Positions 1 to 9,109 of a stretch of 64,000 bases of DNA are shown here, piece by piece. Every line of letters starts with the position of its first letter. The stretch's first letter is position 1. The position numbers and the translations under genes were made by a program. Origin of the DNA: Minisyncoccota bacterium (GTDB lineage: Bacteria; Patescibacteriota; Minisyncoccia; Phycocordibacterales; UBA5272); assembly GCA_041651055.1 (NCBI GenBank), contig JBAZJW010000001.1, positions 691,702 to 755,701 on the forward strand, written 5' to 3'. The notes beneath the pieces are model-generated. The model searched no databases, was not told the origin of the DNA, and worked only from the letters and a program-made list of their open reading frames with translations.

Positions 1-96
1 GAAGCTGAAGCTGCTCCAGTTGAAGTGGATCTTTCAGCTATTGAGGTGGAAGCTAAGGGTAAGAAAGAATCAGAGGAAGTTCCTGCTGCTGAGTAA
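1..96 (+). CDS. rplY: 3' end of probable 50S ribosomal protein L25/CTC (partial)
   Basis: Frame 1 reads EAEAAPVEVDLSAIEVEAKGKKESEEVPAAE*, resembling the acidic C-tail of long L25/CTC proteins; terminator follows. Confidence 0.6.
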   Translation, partial: EAEAAPVEVDLSAIEVEAKGKKESEEVPAAE

Positions 97-134
97 CCGC
101 TTCCAAACTTTTTCTTAATACCATCTGCGCATTT

Positions 135-181
135 CGAGTCAGCTTGGCTGCGAAGATGTCCTAAGCTAGCAAGCTGAGGAC
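135..181 (+). repeat. Small two-hairpin element (CGAG..AGCTTGGCT.CGAAGATGTC-stem-GAC) inserted in a remnant of the GTAC-hairpin family (~97-203)
   Basis: Flanks match the 3' arm of the 5797-5924 element (ccaaactttttcttaa...ctgcgcat...caattttgaaac); second copy at 51929-51974 (-). Confidence 0.7.
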
Positions 182-230
182 TAAAACAATTTTGAAACCG
201 GCTGACGATGTGTATATTTGGAAAAATACT

Positions 231-270
231 AAATACAAAAGCGAGTCCGTAAGGATTCGCTTTTGTATTT
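231..270 (+). terminator. Intrinsic terminator
   Basis: aaatacaaaagcgagtcc-gtaa-ggattcgcttttgtattt hairpin with T tract. Confidence 0.75.
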
Positions 271-337
271 TGATTTATGTAATTTGTTTTTGGTCATAAA
301 GTCACAACTTTCAGCATTCTCTTGTTATACTGTATAC

Positions 338-1690
338 ATGAAGCATCGGCTAGCTATTTTTATTATTGCCTGTATATGTATCCTTGTTCCCTTGCAAGGA
401 GATATGGTTGTTTTCGCGCAATCACGTGCAGAGCTTGAACAAGACTTGGCAAATCTTGAAGCACAAATAAAAGCACTCACGGATAGTATTTCTCAAACCA
501 AACAACAAGGCGTCTCCATTAAAGGAGACATCGCTGTTCTCTCTAAAAAAATCGCACAAAGTAAATTAAAGATACAAGCACATAATGCAGCTATAACCCG
601 TTTGAATCAAAACATCTCCGAGAAGAACCGTACCATTAATGTGCTTGACGCAAAGATGGAACGAGAAAAAGATTCTCTCGCACAAATCATGAGAAAGACG
701 AGATATCTTGAGCAGTATTCATTGCTTGATTTTGGTTTACAAGCACAAAGCCTCTCGACATTCTTCTCTGACGCGGATTCATTTTCTACACTTAACCGTG
801 CTCTTGATCAAAGCTTTCAAGATATCCGTGCCACAAAGTCAGACATCGAAGAAGTGAAATCAGAGTTGGAGGTTGCGAAAGATGAAGAGACTCAAAAGAA
901 GCTTGCTCAAGAATCAGAAAAGAAAAAAGTAGAAACAAATCAAAAAGAAAAGAATACCCTTCTTACAATTACCAAGAATCAGGAAACTGAATACAAAAAA
1001 GTTCTGGTAACTCGTGAAAAAGAAGCCGCACAAATACGTGCACGACTCTTCGACCTTCGTGATACGGGAAGTATTTCTTTTGGAAAGGCGTACGAGTATT
1101 CGCTTGCGGCATCCAAGACTACAGGGGTGAGACCTGCTCTTATCTTGGCTATCCTTATGCAAGAGTCATCTCTTGGTATTAATGTTGGAGCATGTTACTT
1201 GCGCGACTACGCGACAGGGTCTGGTGTAAGTATTAAATCAGGAGATACGAAGCCTCGCACCATGCACCCGACGCGTGATGTGCCCGTTTTTACATCGTTC
1301 ATGGCAAAGATTGGAAGAGATCCACAAAAAACTCCTGTTTCATGTTGGATAGCGGCGTACAGCGGGGGAAGCCCTTCGGGATGGGGAGGTGCTATGGGTC
1401 CTTCGCAGTTCATTCCGTCTACATGGAAATTATTTGAAAATAGAATAGAAAGTATTACAGGGGCAAGCACCGCAGACCCATGGAATCCGTACCACGCCAT
1501 TACGGCTACAGCGCTCTACTTGTCTGATCTGGGGGCTGTTGCAGGTAACGAGGCTTCAGAGAGAAATGCAGCATGTAAGTACTATTCTGGCCGCTCATGT
1601 GCTTCGTCGTCAGCAGGTGCTGGATACGGTAACTCCGTAATGAAAAAGCTTTACAATATGCAGGCGGATATTGATAAGATACAGGGGTAA
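338..1690 (+). CDS. Secreted coiled-coil protein with C-terminal lytic transglycosylase (MltB/SLT_2-like) domain
   Basis: Signal peptide, long coiled coil, ILMQES catalytic Glu, GAMGPSQFIPSTW and ADPWNP motifs; ATG 338 is 6 nt after TGtTATACT. Confidence 0.85.
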   Translation: MKHRLAIFIIACICILVPLQGDMVVFAQSRAELEQDLANLEAQIKALTDSISQTKQQGVSIKGDIAVLSKKIAQSKLKIQAHNAAITRLNQNISEKNRTINVLDAKMEREKDSLAQIMRKTRYLEQYSLLDFGLQAQSLSTFFSDADSFSTLNRALDQSFQDIRATKSDIEEVKSELEVAKDEETQKKLAQESEKKKVETNQKEKNTLLTITKNQETEYKKVLVTREKEAAQIRARLFDLRDTGSISFGKAYEYSLAASKTTGVRPALILAILMQESSLGINVGACYLRDYATGSGVSIKSGDTKPRTMHPTRDVPVFTSFMAKIGRDPQKTPVSCWIAAYSGGSPSGWGGAMGPSQFIPSTWKLFENRIESITGASTADPWNPYHAITATALYLSDLGAVAGNEASERNAACKYYSGRSCASSSAGAGYGNSVMKKLYNMQADIDKIQG

Positions 1691-1856
1691 AAAAAAGTAA
1701 TATTCATTGAAATAATATTCAATATTCAAACAAAATGCTCTGTATTTTCATTAAAAATTAAAAATTAAAAACTAAAAATTTTGGTTAAATGCTTACAAAA
1801 TAATCTTTAAATAACCCATTGCACAACACAAGTAAATATGTTATTATAGGGCGACT

Positions 1857-2069
1857 ATGAAAGCAGATATTCACCCAACATATTACTCGAATGCAACAGC
1901 CACATGTGCGTGTGGGGCTGTATATTCTGTCGGATCAACACAAGAAAAGATTGATGTTGAAATCTGTGCTACCTGTCACCCATTTTATACAGGACTTGAA
2001 AAGGTTCTCGATACTACAGGACGTGTGGACAAGTTCAAGAAACGAATGGCAGCGGTTAAGAAGTCATAA
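1857..2069 (+). CDS. rpmE: 50S ribosomal protein L31 (Zn-binding type)
   Basis: MKADIHPTY, CACG, CATCHPFYTG, GRVDKF. Confidence 0.97.
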   Translation: MKADIHPTYYSNATATCACGAVYSVGSTQEKIDVEICATCHPFYTGLEKVLDTTGRVDKFKKRMAAVKKS

Positions 2070-2183
2070 ACAAGCGAACTACTTTGTCGAGCGCATGTTT
2101 TTGTCGGTCAATGTACAGATAAGTACATTTTCCTCCAAAAACATGCGCTCTTCGCGTATTTCATCTTGTTTTTGACTTCTTAA
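2056..2183 (+). repeat. GTAC-core long imperfect hairpin, copy 1
   Basis: Core caatgtac-agataa-gtacattt; outer arm ttaagaagtcataaacaag / cttgtttttgacttcttaa overlaps the rpmE stop. Confidence 0.75.
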
Positions 2184-2251
2184 TTTGGCGACATTGTTTA
2201 TTTTTTGTATTAAACTAAGAACGAAGAACGTCCTAACGAATAACTGCCCAT

Positions 2252-3226
2252 ATGGAACTCGAAGATTTCAAATCCAACCCACGCACCAAGTACACCGCAG
2301 AGGAGTATGAGCGCCTTTTGCATGCGAAGACAGAAGCTGAACTCCTTCTTTCTGACGAATCAATGAAAGAACTTGCCGAGAGTGAGATAGAGTCTCTCAC
2401 CCCACAACTAGAAGCTCTTTGGAAGCAAATGGAGGAATCTGCGGAAGCTGCGAAAGCTGAAGAAGAAGCACCGAAGGCTATGATACTTGAAATACAAGGT
2501 GGAGCAGGAGGAGATGAATCATCGCTCTTCGCGGCAGAGCTCGCACTCATGTATCAGAACTATGCTGAACAAAGGGGTTGGGGTTGGAACAAACTCGACG
2601 AGTCCCTTTCGGATGTTGGTGGGTACAAAGATGTTTCTTTTGAAGTGAAAGGAAAGGGGTGTTACGAAGCGCTTCGTTTTGAAACAGGTGTGCATCGTGT
2701 TCAGCGTATTCCTGAAACCGAAAAGAATGGTCGTGTACACACGTCGACCGTGACGGTATCTGTTATGCCTATTCGTGCGAAGACAAACGTCGTCATTCCT
2801 CCGAGTGATCTTGAGTTCGAAACATCTCGTTCAGGTGGTGCAGGAGGTCAGAATGTGAACAAGGTGGAAACCGCTGTACGTGTCATTCACAAACCGACAG
2901 GTATCGCTATTCGTTGTACGATTGAACGTTCTCAGTTGAAGAACAAAGAGCGTGCCCTTCAAATGTTGCAAGCGAAGTTAGATCAACTCTCTCAAGAAGA
3001 AGACGACAAGAAACATGCCTCTGAAAAGAGGTCACAGGTAGGAACAGGTGACAGAAGTGAAAAGATTCGTACGTATAACTTCCCGCAAGATCGCGTGACG
3101 GATCACCGCATTCGCGAGTCATGGCACGGTCTTCCAAAAATTATGATAGGTAATATGGGTCCAATTGTCGAAGCCCTACAAAATTTCACCGGCGAATTTG
3201 GCGAAGCCGAAGACTCTGATGATTAG
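2252..3226 (+). CDS. prfA: Peptide chain release factor 1
   Basis: GGAGGQ motif, PET (PxT) RF1 specificity loop, [21 protein letters not shown]. Confidence 0.95.
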   Translation: MELEDFKSNPRTKYTAEEYERLLHAKTEAELLLSDESMKELAESEIESLTPQLEALWKQMEESAEAAKAEEEAPKAMILEIQGGAGGDESSLFAAELALMYQNYAEQRGWGWNKLDESLSDVGGYKDVSFEVKGKGCYEALRFETGVHRVQRIPETEKNGRVHTSTVTVSVMPIRAKTNVVIPPSDLEFETSRSGGAGGQNVNKVETAVRVIHKPTGIAIRCTIERSQLKNKERALQMLQAKLDQLSQEEDDKKHASEKRSQVGTGDRSEKIRTYNFPQDRVTDHRIRESWHGLPKIMIGNMGPIVEALQNFTGEFGEAEDSDD

Positions 3227-3260
3227 GAATTGTTAAGGGTGAGGAGTAAACTAATTTTAC

Positions 3261-3881
3261 ATGAACGAATTAGCTGCAACCAGGCCATATACTTTTAAAA
3301 TTGTATTACTTGTTATTCCAAGTCTCATATCTATTTTCGGGGTTTTGTTTTTACGTTGGAGTATTTTTGATATTTTTTTTGGGTTTTGGTTGGAGACATT
3401 AGTCATGGGTATATTTGGGTTATTTATGATATTAGCTCGTTCTACCTTTGGAGATAGAATTGTTGCCACTTTCCTCATTGTTCATTTTGGGGGATTTCTC
3501 CTTGGTTTTTTTGGTCTTATTTATGGTTTTTTTGCTGATACTGCTTATATTGTAAACTCAACTACCGTGCGTATTCCAAATCTTTTTGGAGTAATAGGTG
3601 AAACCTTTTTTCTTTTTAAGTGGACATTCCTTTCTCTAATTAGTAGTTATGCAATTTCTTATTATCATCTCTTCTCTCAAAGAGAGGAATCTGTAAACTT
3701 TTCAAGAGACCTTGTAAAAGATTCGTATAAAAGGATCTTTATTCTTTACTTTCCAATAATCATAGCTGGTAAAGTTATTGTAGGATTAGGGGTGGCCACC
3801 ATTCCACTTATTTTATTGATTTTTGGTAAGACAATTCTTCAAATTTTTGATTACATTAGTATGAAAAAGCAAGAAATATAG
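3261..3881 (+). CDS. Polytopic membrane protein (DUF6498-like)
   Basis: Several TM helices, FWLET and FLIVHFGGF motifs; AT-rich. Confidence 0.6.
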   Translation: MNELAATRPYTFKIVLLVIPSLISIFGVLFLRWSIFDIFFGFWLETLVMGIFGLFMILARSTFGDRIVATFLIVHFGGFLLGFFGLIYGFFADTAYIVNSTTVRIPNLFGVIGETFFLFKWTFLSLISSYAISYYHLFSQREESVNFSRDLVKDSYKRIFILYFPIIIAGKVIVGLGVATIPLILLIFGKTILQIFDYISMKKQEI

Positions 3882-3946
3882 CGCTATGTGCCTCATAAAT
3901 AATAAGCTTAAAGTCTTCCCAAAAAGCACAATTCGTGCTAGAATAA

Positions 3947-4060
3947 CCACATTCATCCAATCGGGCAAATCAGGATTTGGACACCTGAGCATATCACTTC
4001 GAGCATAATTGACGCTTACCAAACAGGTATTTCGGAGAAGAGATAATGTGGCACGAGGCA
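3947..4060 (+). promoter_or_regulatory. Probable rpsB 5' leader (S2 autoregulatory-type)
   Basis: TGcTAGAAT -10 at 3936-3944; ccacatt(3947)/aatgtgg(4045) closing stem followed by GAGG, upstream of rpsB-tsf. Confidence 0.5.
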
Positions 4061-4077
4061 AATGTATTATTAAACGC

Positions 4078-4170
4078 AGATTTTAGATTTTAGATTTTGG
4101 ACTTTAGATATATTGCATAAAGTAATGTATCGAGTCTCATCTAAAATCTAAAGTCTAATCTCTAACATCT
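4078..4170. repeat. Inverted 7-mer periodic tracts (AGATTTT)n ... (TCTAAAA)n ending at the rpsB ATG
   Basis: agatttt agatttt agatttt ggacttt ... tctaaaa tctaaag tctaatc tctaaca tct-ATG. Confidence 0.75.
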
Positions 4171-4848
4171 ATGTCAAACATCAATAAAGAAGCTCTTGCA
4201 AAAGCAGGCCTCCAATACGGCTACTCACGTACTCGTCGTCATCCATCAGTAAAGCCTTTTATCGAAGGTAATTACAACAATGTTGACTTTATCAACCTCG
4301 ACACAACAAAGACTCAGCTTGAAAACGCTACCGCGTTCCTCGCCTCAATGCACGCTGCAGGAAAGGTTATTTTGTTCGTTGGTGTTAAACCAGAAATCCG
4401 CCAAATCGTAAAAGAAGTAGCACTTTCACTCAACGCTCCATACATCGCTGAACGTTTCATCGGTGGAACACTTACAAACTTCCCACAAATCAAGAAGCGT
4501 ATCGAAAAGCTTCATGATCTTTTGAAGAAGAAAGAAACAGGTGAACTCGCTGTGTACACAAAGAAAGAACAGCTTCTCATCCAGCGTGATATCGATAGAT
4601 TGGACCGTGACTTCGGAGGCATCTCTTCACTTACAAATATTCCTTCAGCTATTGTCATGATCGACTCTCGTCATGAAGATATGTGTCTCAAAGAAGCAAA
4701 GCGTCTCCACATCCCTGTGGTTGCACTTTGTAATACTGACTGTACACTGGAAGGTATCGAGTATCCTGTTGTCGGTAATGACGGATCTGTAGCGTCTGTA
4801 CGTTTCGTACTCGAAACAATCAAAGAAGCTCTCGCTACGACAGCGTAA
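4171..4848 (+). CDS. rpsB: 30S ribosomal protein S2
   Basis: AGLQYG, RFIGGTLTNF, EAKRLHIPVVALCNTD, YPVVGND. Confidence 0.95.
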   Translation: MSNINKEALAKAGLQYGYSRTRRHPSVKPFIEGNYNNVDFINLDTTKTQLENATAFLASMHAAGKVILFVGVKPEIRQIVKEVALSLNAPYIAERFIGGTLTNFPQIKKRIEKLHDLLKKKETGELAVYTKKEQLLIQRDIDRLDRDFGGISSLTNIPSAIVMIDSRHEDMCLKEAKRLHIPVVALCNTDCTLEGIEYPVVGNDGSVASVRFVLETIKEALATTA

Positions 4849-4922
4849 AAGTAAAACAGTGAGGAATTGTATTAGATTCGTATTTACTAAAAACTAAAAA
4901 CTGGAAACTAAAAACTATTTTT

Positions 4923-5393
4923 ATGGACACAATCAAAGAACTTCGTGAAGAAACAGGTCTCTCATTTGCACAAATAAAAAAAGCACTTGATGAAGCAAAT
5001 GGAGACAAGGAACAGGCTCGTGCCGTGCTTTCACAGTACTCATCTGCTCAAGCTGAGAAGAAAGCTGACCGTGAATTATCTGCCGGAGTTATTTCTGCAT
5101 ATGTTCACTCAACAGGTACTGTTGGTGTGCTTCTCGAGCTCGGATGTGAGACAGACTTCGTTGCAAAGAATGAAGAGTTCGTAGCACTTGCTCGTGACCT
5201 CGCCATGCATGTCTGTGCTATGGCGCCGACATCAGTTAATAATGAAGACGGTCTTGGTGAAGAAACATCACTCATGAATCAATCATTCATTAAAAATCCT
5301 GGAATCACAGTAGAGCAGAGAATTCAGGCAGCTGTTCAGAAGTTTGGCGAAAACACTAAAGTGATACGCTTCACCCGTTACGCATTAGCGTAA
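4923..5393 (+). CDS. tsf: Elongation factor Ts (short form)
   Basis: IKELREETG, LELGCETDFVAKNEEF, AMHVCAMAP; follows rpsB. Confidence 0.95.
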   Translation: MDTIKELREETGLSFAQIKKALDEANGDKEQARAVLSQYSSAQAEKKADRELSAGVISAYVHSTGTVGVLLELGCETDFVAKNEEFVALARDLAMHVCAMAPTSVNNEDGLGEETSLMNQSFIKNPGITVEQRIQAAVQKFGENTKVIRFTRYALA

Positions 5394-5407
5394 ACAAAAA
5401 CATACTC

Positions 5408-5797
5408 ATGCTGGTACTCCTTTTAGTAATAAGTGGAATACTAGCCGCACTCTCTGCGGTGTCTATCCTTGTACTTCAAAGCTATAGTGTAGCTAAGGGG
5501 AGAGTGATTATTGATCCAGAGTACAACGGTCCTGCACAAGTCTCGACGACACTGCGTACGATTCTTCGCCTGCTTCTCAAGCGAAGTGTGTATATACGAA
5601 AATTTATTTTCCAGTATCTCGCACACTTGGCGGTGCGAGTTATGTTCTATGTGGATAAATTTTCTACATTCTTGTATGCCAAATCACGAAACTGGTTTGT
5701 GCAAAATGCCGTACGTAATCGTGGGACGGTGCCTCACTTTTGGGAGCACCTAAAGGTGTATAAGCAGGAAATGGACCGCGAAAAGGAAGAGGAATAA
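5408..5797 (+). CDS. Hypothetical membrane-anchored protein
   Basis: N-terminal hydrophobic helix; directly after tsf. Confidence 0.65.
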   Translation: MLVLLLVISGILAALSAVSILVLQSYSVAKGRVIIDPEYNGPAQVSTTLRTILRLLLKRSVYIRKFIFQYLAHLAVRVMFYVDKFSTFLYAKSRNWFVQNAVRNRGTVPHFWEHLKVYKQEMDREKEEE

Positions 5798-5924
5798 AGC
5801 CTGTTTCAAAATTGACGATCTGCTTGTTATTTTTAAGAAAAAGTGTTTCAACGTACACATTAGTACGTCTCCAAACTTTTTCTTAAAAACAACTGCGCAT
5901 CTCATTCAATTTTGAAACAGGCTT
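5797..5924 (+). repeat. GTAC-core long imperfect hairpin, copy 2
   Basis: aagcctgtttcaaaattg...caacgtac-acatta-gtacgtct...caattttgaaacaggctt starting at the upstream stop codon. Confidence 0.8.
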
Positions 5925-6042
5925 GCGTCGCACTTTTTTAATTAATAAGTACGCTCAACTAATCCTTTTGTTACAAGGATTTATTCTTTGTTATCATGGT
6001 GACAAAATTATAGAAATATGCTAAGATTAGGAGCGTGAATAA

Positions 6043-6115
6043 GCCGCTTTAGCTCAGTTGGTAGAGCAATTGTTTTGTAAACAATAGGTCCTCAGTTCGA
6101 GTCTGAGAAGCGGCT
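6043..6115 (+). tRNA. tRNA-Thr(TGT)
   Basis: GCCGCTT/AAGCGGC acceptor, ATTGT-TT-TGT-AA-ACAAT anticodon arm, GTTCGAG T-loop. Confidence 0.95.
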
Positions 6116-6201
6116 CCCTAAAATGTTTGTACACAAATGTTTAGGCGAGCACAGTTTTTGTAAATGGGCCCGCAAAAAGGTGCTTTAGCCAATACCATCT
6201 T

Positions 6202-6900
6202 ATGATCGACATAAAAAAATACATTTTTACATTCGTCATTACTGCTGCAATATTTACAACAGCTTTTTTCGCCTCGACTTTCTTTTCTAATAAGCGTGTT
6301 GAAGATGTTAAGTCGATTCAAGACAATATCGCCATCGACATTCTTTCAAGTGAGACACAGTTTGATCTTCTCAAAGAAGTTCCGTGCGCTAATGTTAGTG
6401 ATTCAATGCTCTCACCTGAGCTCTCGGCATTGGGTGACAAACTTTCACGCACAGAAAATGAACGAGGTGCAACCGATGCAGATATTGTTTATCTTAAGAA
6501 GTACTATTCATTACTTGAAATTAAAGATTATATTCTTTCGAAGAAACTTGCAGCACAGTGTGGCCAAGCCAAGAAACCTGTTTTTATTATTTATTTTTAC
6601 TCAAACAAAGGAGATTGTGCTGATTGTGAGAAAGAAGGGTATGTACTTACTCGTTTGAAGGAGATGTATCCCGATCTTCGTGTATATTCATTCGACTACA
6701 ATCTCGACCTTGCTGCGCTTGATTCTATGAAGATGATTTATCGTATTAAGTCATCACTCCCAGCACTTGTAATAGAAGACAAGACATATATTGGTTTTAG
6801 ATCAATAGATGACTTAGATAAACTTTTACCGGACACACTTAAAATTGCAACCAGCACCGCTTCAGTGTCGAACGCTACCAGTACGAAGCGTGTAAAATAA
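6202..6900 (+). CDS. Membrane-anchored protein with thioredoxin-like CxxC domain
   Basis: N-terminal TM; IIYFYSNKGDCADC and SSLPALVI. Confidence 0.65.
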   Translation: MIDIKKYIFTFVITAAIFTTAFFASTFFSNKRVEDVKSIQDNIAIDILSSETQFDLLKEVPCANVSDSMLSPELSALGDKLSRTENERGATDADIVYLKKYYSLLEIKDYILSKKLAAQCGQAKKPVFIIYFYSNKGDCADCEKEGYVLTRLKEMYPDLRVYSFDYNLDLAALDSMKMIYRIKSSLPALVIEDKTYIGFRSIDDLDKLLPDTLKIATSTASVSNATSTKRVK

Positions 6901-6907
6901 TTTTTGT

Positions 6908-8170
6908 ATGATTGCTTCTATTTTACAAGGGCTCATGTATCCGTTCTTGTTTTTGTCTATGTATTTTCAAGTGCTTCTGTTAATATCTTTTTTTGAAAAT
7001 AAACGACGCATTAAACGTGAAGAAGACCATGAGGTGAAGGTATATCCGACGGCAACCGTTGCTGTGCCGTGTTGGAATGAAGAGCGGACACTCGCAGCGA
7101 CACTTGATTCATTACTTTCTCTTGAATATCCAAAAGACAAACTTTCTATTGTCGTCGTTGATGATGGGAGTACCGACAACACGCTTGCAATAGCGAGGGC
7201 ATACGAGCAATCACACAAGGATCAGATTACAGTGCTTACTAAAGAAAATGGTGGCAAGCATACGGCGGTGAACATGGCTCTCGAAAGATCAAATAGTGAA
7301 CTTTTTGGATGCCTCGATGCTGATTCATTTGTTACACCGACAACACTTAGTGTTATTGTTTCTTATTTTGATGCAGACCCTAAGGTTATGGCTGTGACTC
7401 CATGTATTCACATTCGTAAACCAAAAACACTTATTCAGCGCATGCAGGCGATTGAGTATTTGATGGGAGTATTTTTGCGAAAGGCATACGGTTCGCTTGA
7501 TGCTATTCAGGTGACACCTGGCCCATTTTCTTTTTTCCGTCGTGAGATTTTTGCGACAATTGGGAATTATCATAAGGCGCACAATACAGAAGATTTTGAA
7601 ATTACGTTACGTATGCATAGGGCTCACATGAAAATTGTGAACTCACACAAGGCGCTCGTGTACACCGTGGGTCCAGAAACTGCGAAAGGATTCTTTTATC
7701 AGCGTCTTAGATGGGCTCGGGGATTTCTTGAAAATTCACTTGACTACAAAGAATTATTTTTCAAAAAAGAATATGGAAACTTCGGCATGTTTACCCTACC
7801 GATGGCCTTCTTATTCTTTTTTTATGGACTCTATGCGGCTCTTTTCTCATACTACAGCATACTTTCTTCTGTGAGCACATCTGTGAAAAAGTGGTTGACT
7901 GTTGGCTTTCATCCACATATTCCAACCTTTGATATTTTTTATCTGAATACAACAGTCATGTCATTTATTATTATGGTGATGTTGACTATGTTTTTGCTTG
8001 TGCTTTATATCGGTAATACACTTTCAGATGATAGACAGGAATTTTACCGTAACTTCCCACTCTTCTTTATCCTTTACCCACTCTTTGTTCCGCTCTTTTT
8101 GGGGCGAGCTATAGCAGATACATTTATGAAGAGAAAGAATGAGTGGGTTCTGCAGGATACCAAAAAATAG
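6908..8170 (+). CDS. Processive GT2 glycosyltransferase (PgaC/IcaA/cellulose-synthase-like)
   Basis: PCWNEE, DDGSTD, GGK, LDAD, TED, QRLRW motifs plus TM helices. Confidence 0.9.
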   Translation: MIASILQGLMYPFLFLSMYFQVLLLISFFENKRRIKREEDHEVKVYPTATVAVPCWNEERTLAATLDSLLSLEYPKDKLSIVVVDDGSTDNTLAIARAYEQSHKDQITVLTKENGGKHTAVNMALERSNSELFGCLDADSFVTPTTLSVIVSYFDADPKVMAVTPCIHIRKPKTLIQRMQAIEYLMGVFLRKAYGSLDAIQVTPGPFSFFRREIFATIGNYHKAHNTEDFEITLRMHRAHMKIVNSHKALVYTVGPETAKGFFYQRLRWARGFLENSLDYKELFFKKEYGNFGMFTLPMAFLFFFYGLYAALFSYYSILSSVSTSVKKWLTVGFHPHIPTFDIFYLNTTVMSFIIMVMLTMFLLVLYIGNTLSDDRQEFYRNFPLFFILYPLFVPLFLGRAIADTFMKRKNEWVLQDTKK

Positions 8171-8270
8171 ATTTTAGACTTTAGAGATTAGATGTTAGAT
8201 TATTCAGCACGACAAGAAGAGAGTATGTATTTGTATGACTCTAAAATCCAAAATCTAATATCTAAAGTCT
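8168..8270. repeat. Inverted 7-mer periodic tracts
   Basis: tagattt tagactt tagagat tagatgt ... tctaaaa tccaaaa tctaata tctaaag. Confidence 0.75.
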
Positions 8271-8294
8271 TTGGCATTATGATATAATGCCATC

Positions 8295-9107
8295 ATGACC
8301 GGCCATTTTCACCCTATAACAAAGGCAATAGACAAAATCTCTCGCATCTTTACTGAGATTGGTTTTGACGTAGTCGATGGCCCCGAACTTGAAAGTGAAT
8401 GGTACAACTTTGATGCCTTAAACGTGCCGCGAGACCATCCATCACGTGATATGCAGGATACGTTTTGGATTAAAGAAAGTAGCCTTGCTGAACGTTCTAT
8501 GACTGAGGCGGAGAAGAAAGTTCTTGCACAAGGTCTCTCGCTTGGACATGTGCTCCGTACACATACGTCCGGTGTACAGGTTCGTACTATTGAACGTTGG
8601 ATTAGAGAAGGAAAAGAATTTCCTTTGGCGGTGATTGTTCCTGGCAAGATATATAGAAATGAAGCGACAGATGCTCGTCATGAAGCACAATTCTTTCAAG
8701 TAGAAGGGTTAATGATTGGTAAAGATGTAACGCTTGCGAACTTGAAAGGTTTGCTAGAACATTTCTTTACAAAGTTTCTTGAGAAACATGTGGAGGTACG
8801 TTTTCGGTCATCTTTTTTTCCATTCACTGAGCCAAGTGTAGAGGTGGATATGCAATGCTTTAAGTGTGAAGGAACAGGGAAGATAGAGGGAAAGCAATGT
8901 CCTCTTTGTTCAGGATCAGGGTGGATTGAAATCATGGGTGCAGGAATGGTACATCCACAGGTGTTACAAAACGCAGGACTCAATGCACAAGAATACCAAG
9001 GGTTCGCATTCGGCGCAGGGCTTGACCGTCTCGTGATGCTCGAGACGGGCATTGATGATATTCGCATGCTGTATAATGGTGACTTGCGTTTGGTAAATCA
9101 ATTTTAA
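8295..9107 (+). CDS. pheS: Phenylalanine-tRNA ligase alpha subunit (no N-terminal coiled coil)
   Basis: HPSRDMQDTF, LRTHTS, FPFTEPS, GAGMVHP, GFAFGAGLDR. Confidence 0.97.
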   Translation: MTGHFHPITKAIDKISRIFTEIGFDVVDGPELESEWYNFDALNVPRDHPSRDMQDTFWIKESSLAERSMTEAEKKVLAQGLSLGHVLRTHTSGVQVRTIERWIREGKEFPLAVIVPGKIYRNEATDARHEAQFFQVEGLMIGKDVTLANLKGLLEHFFTKFLEKHVEVRFRSSFFPFTEPSVEVDMQCFKCEGTGKIEGKQCPLCSGSGWIEIMGAGMVHPQVLQNAGLNAQEYQGFAFGAGLDRLVMLETGIDDIRMLYNGDLRLVNQF

Positions 9108-9109
9108 CT

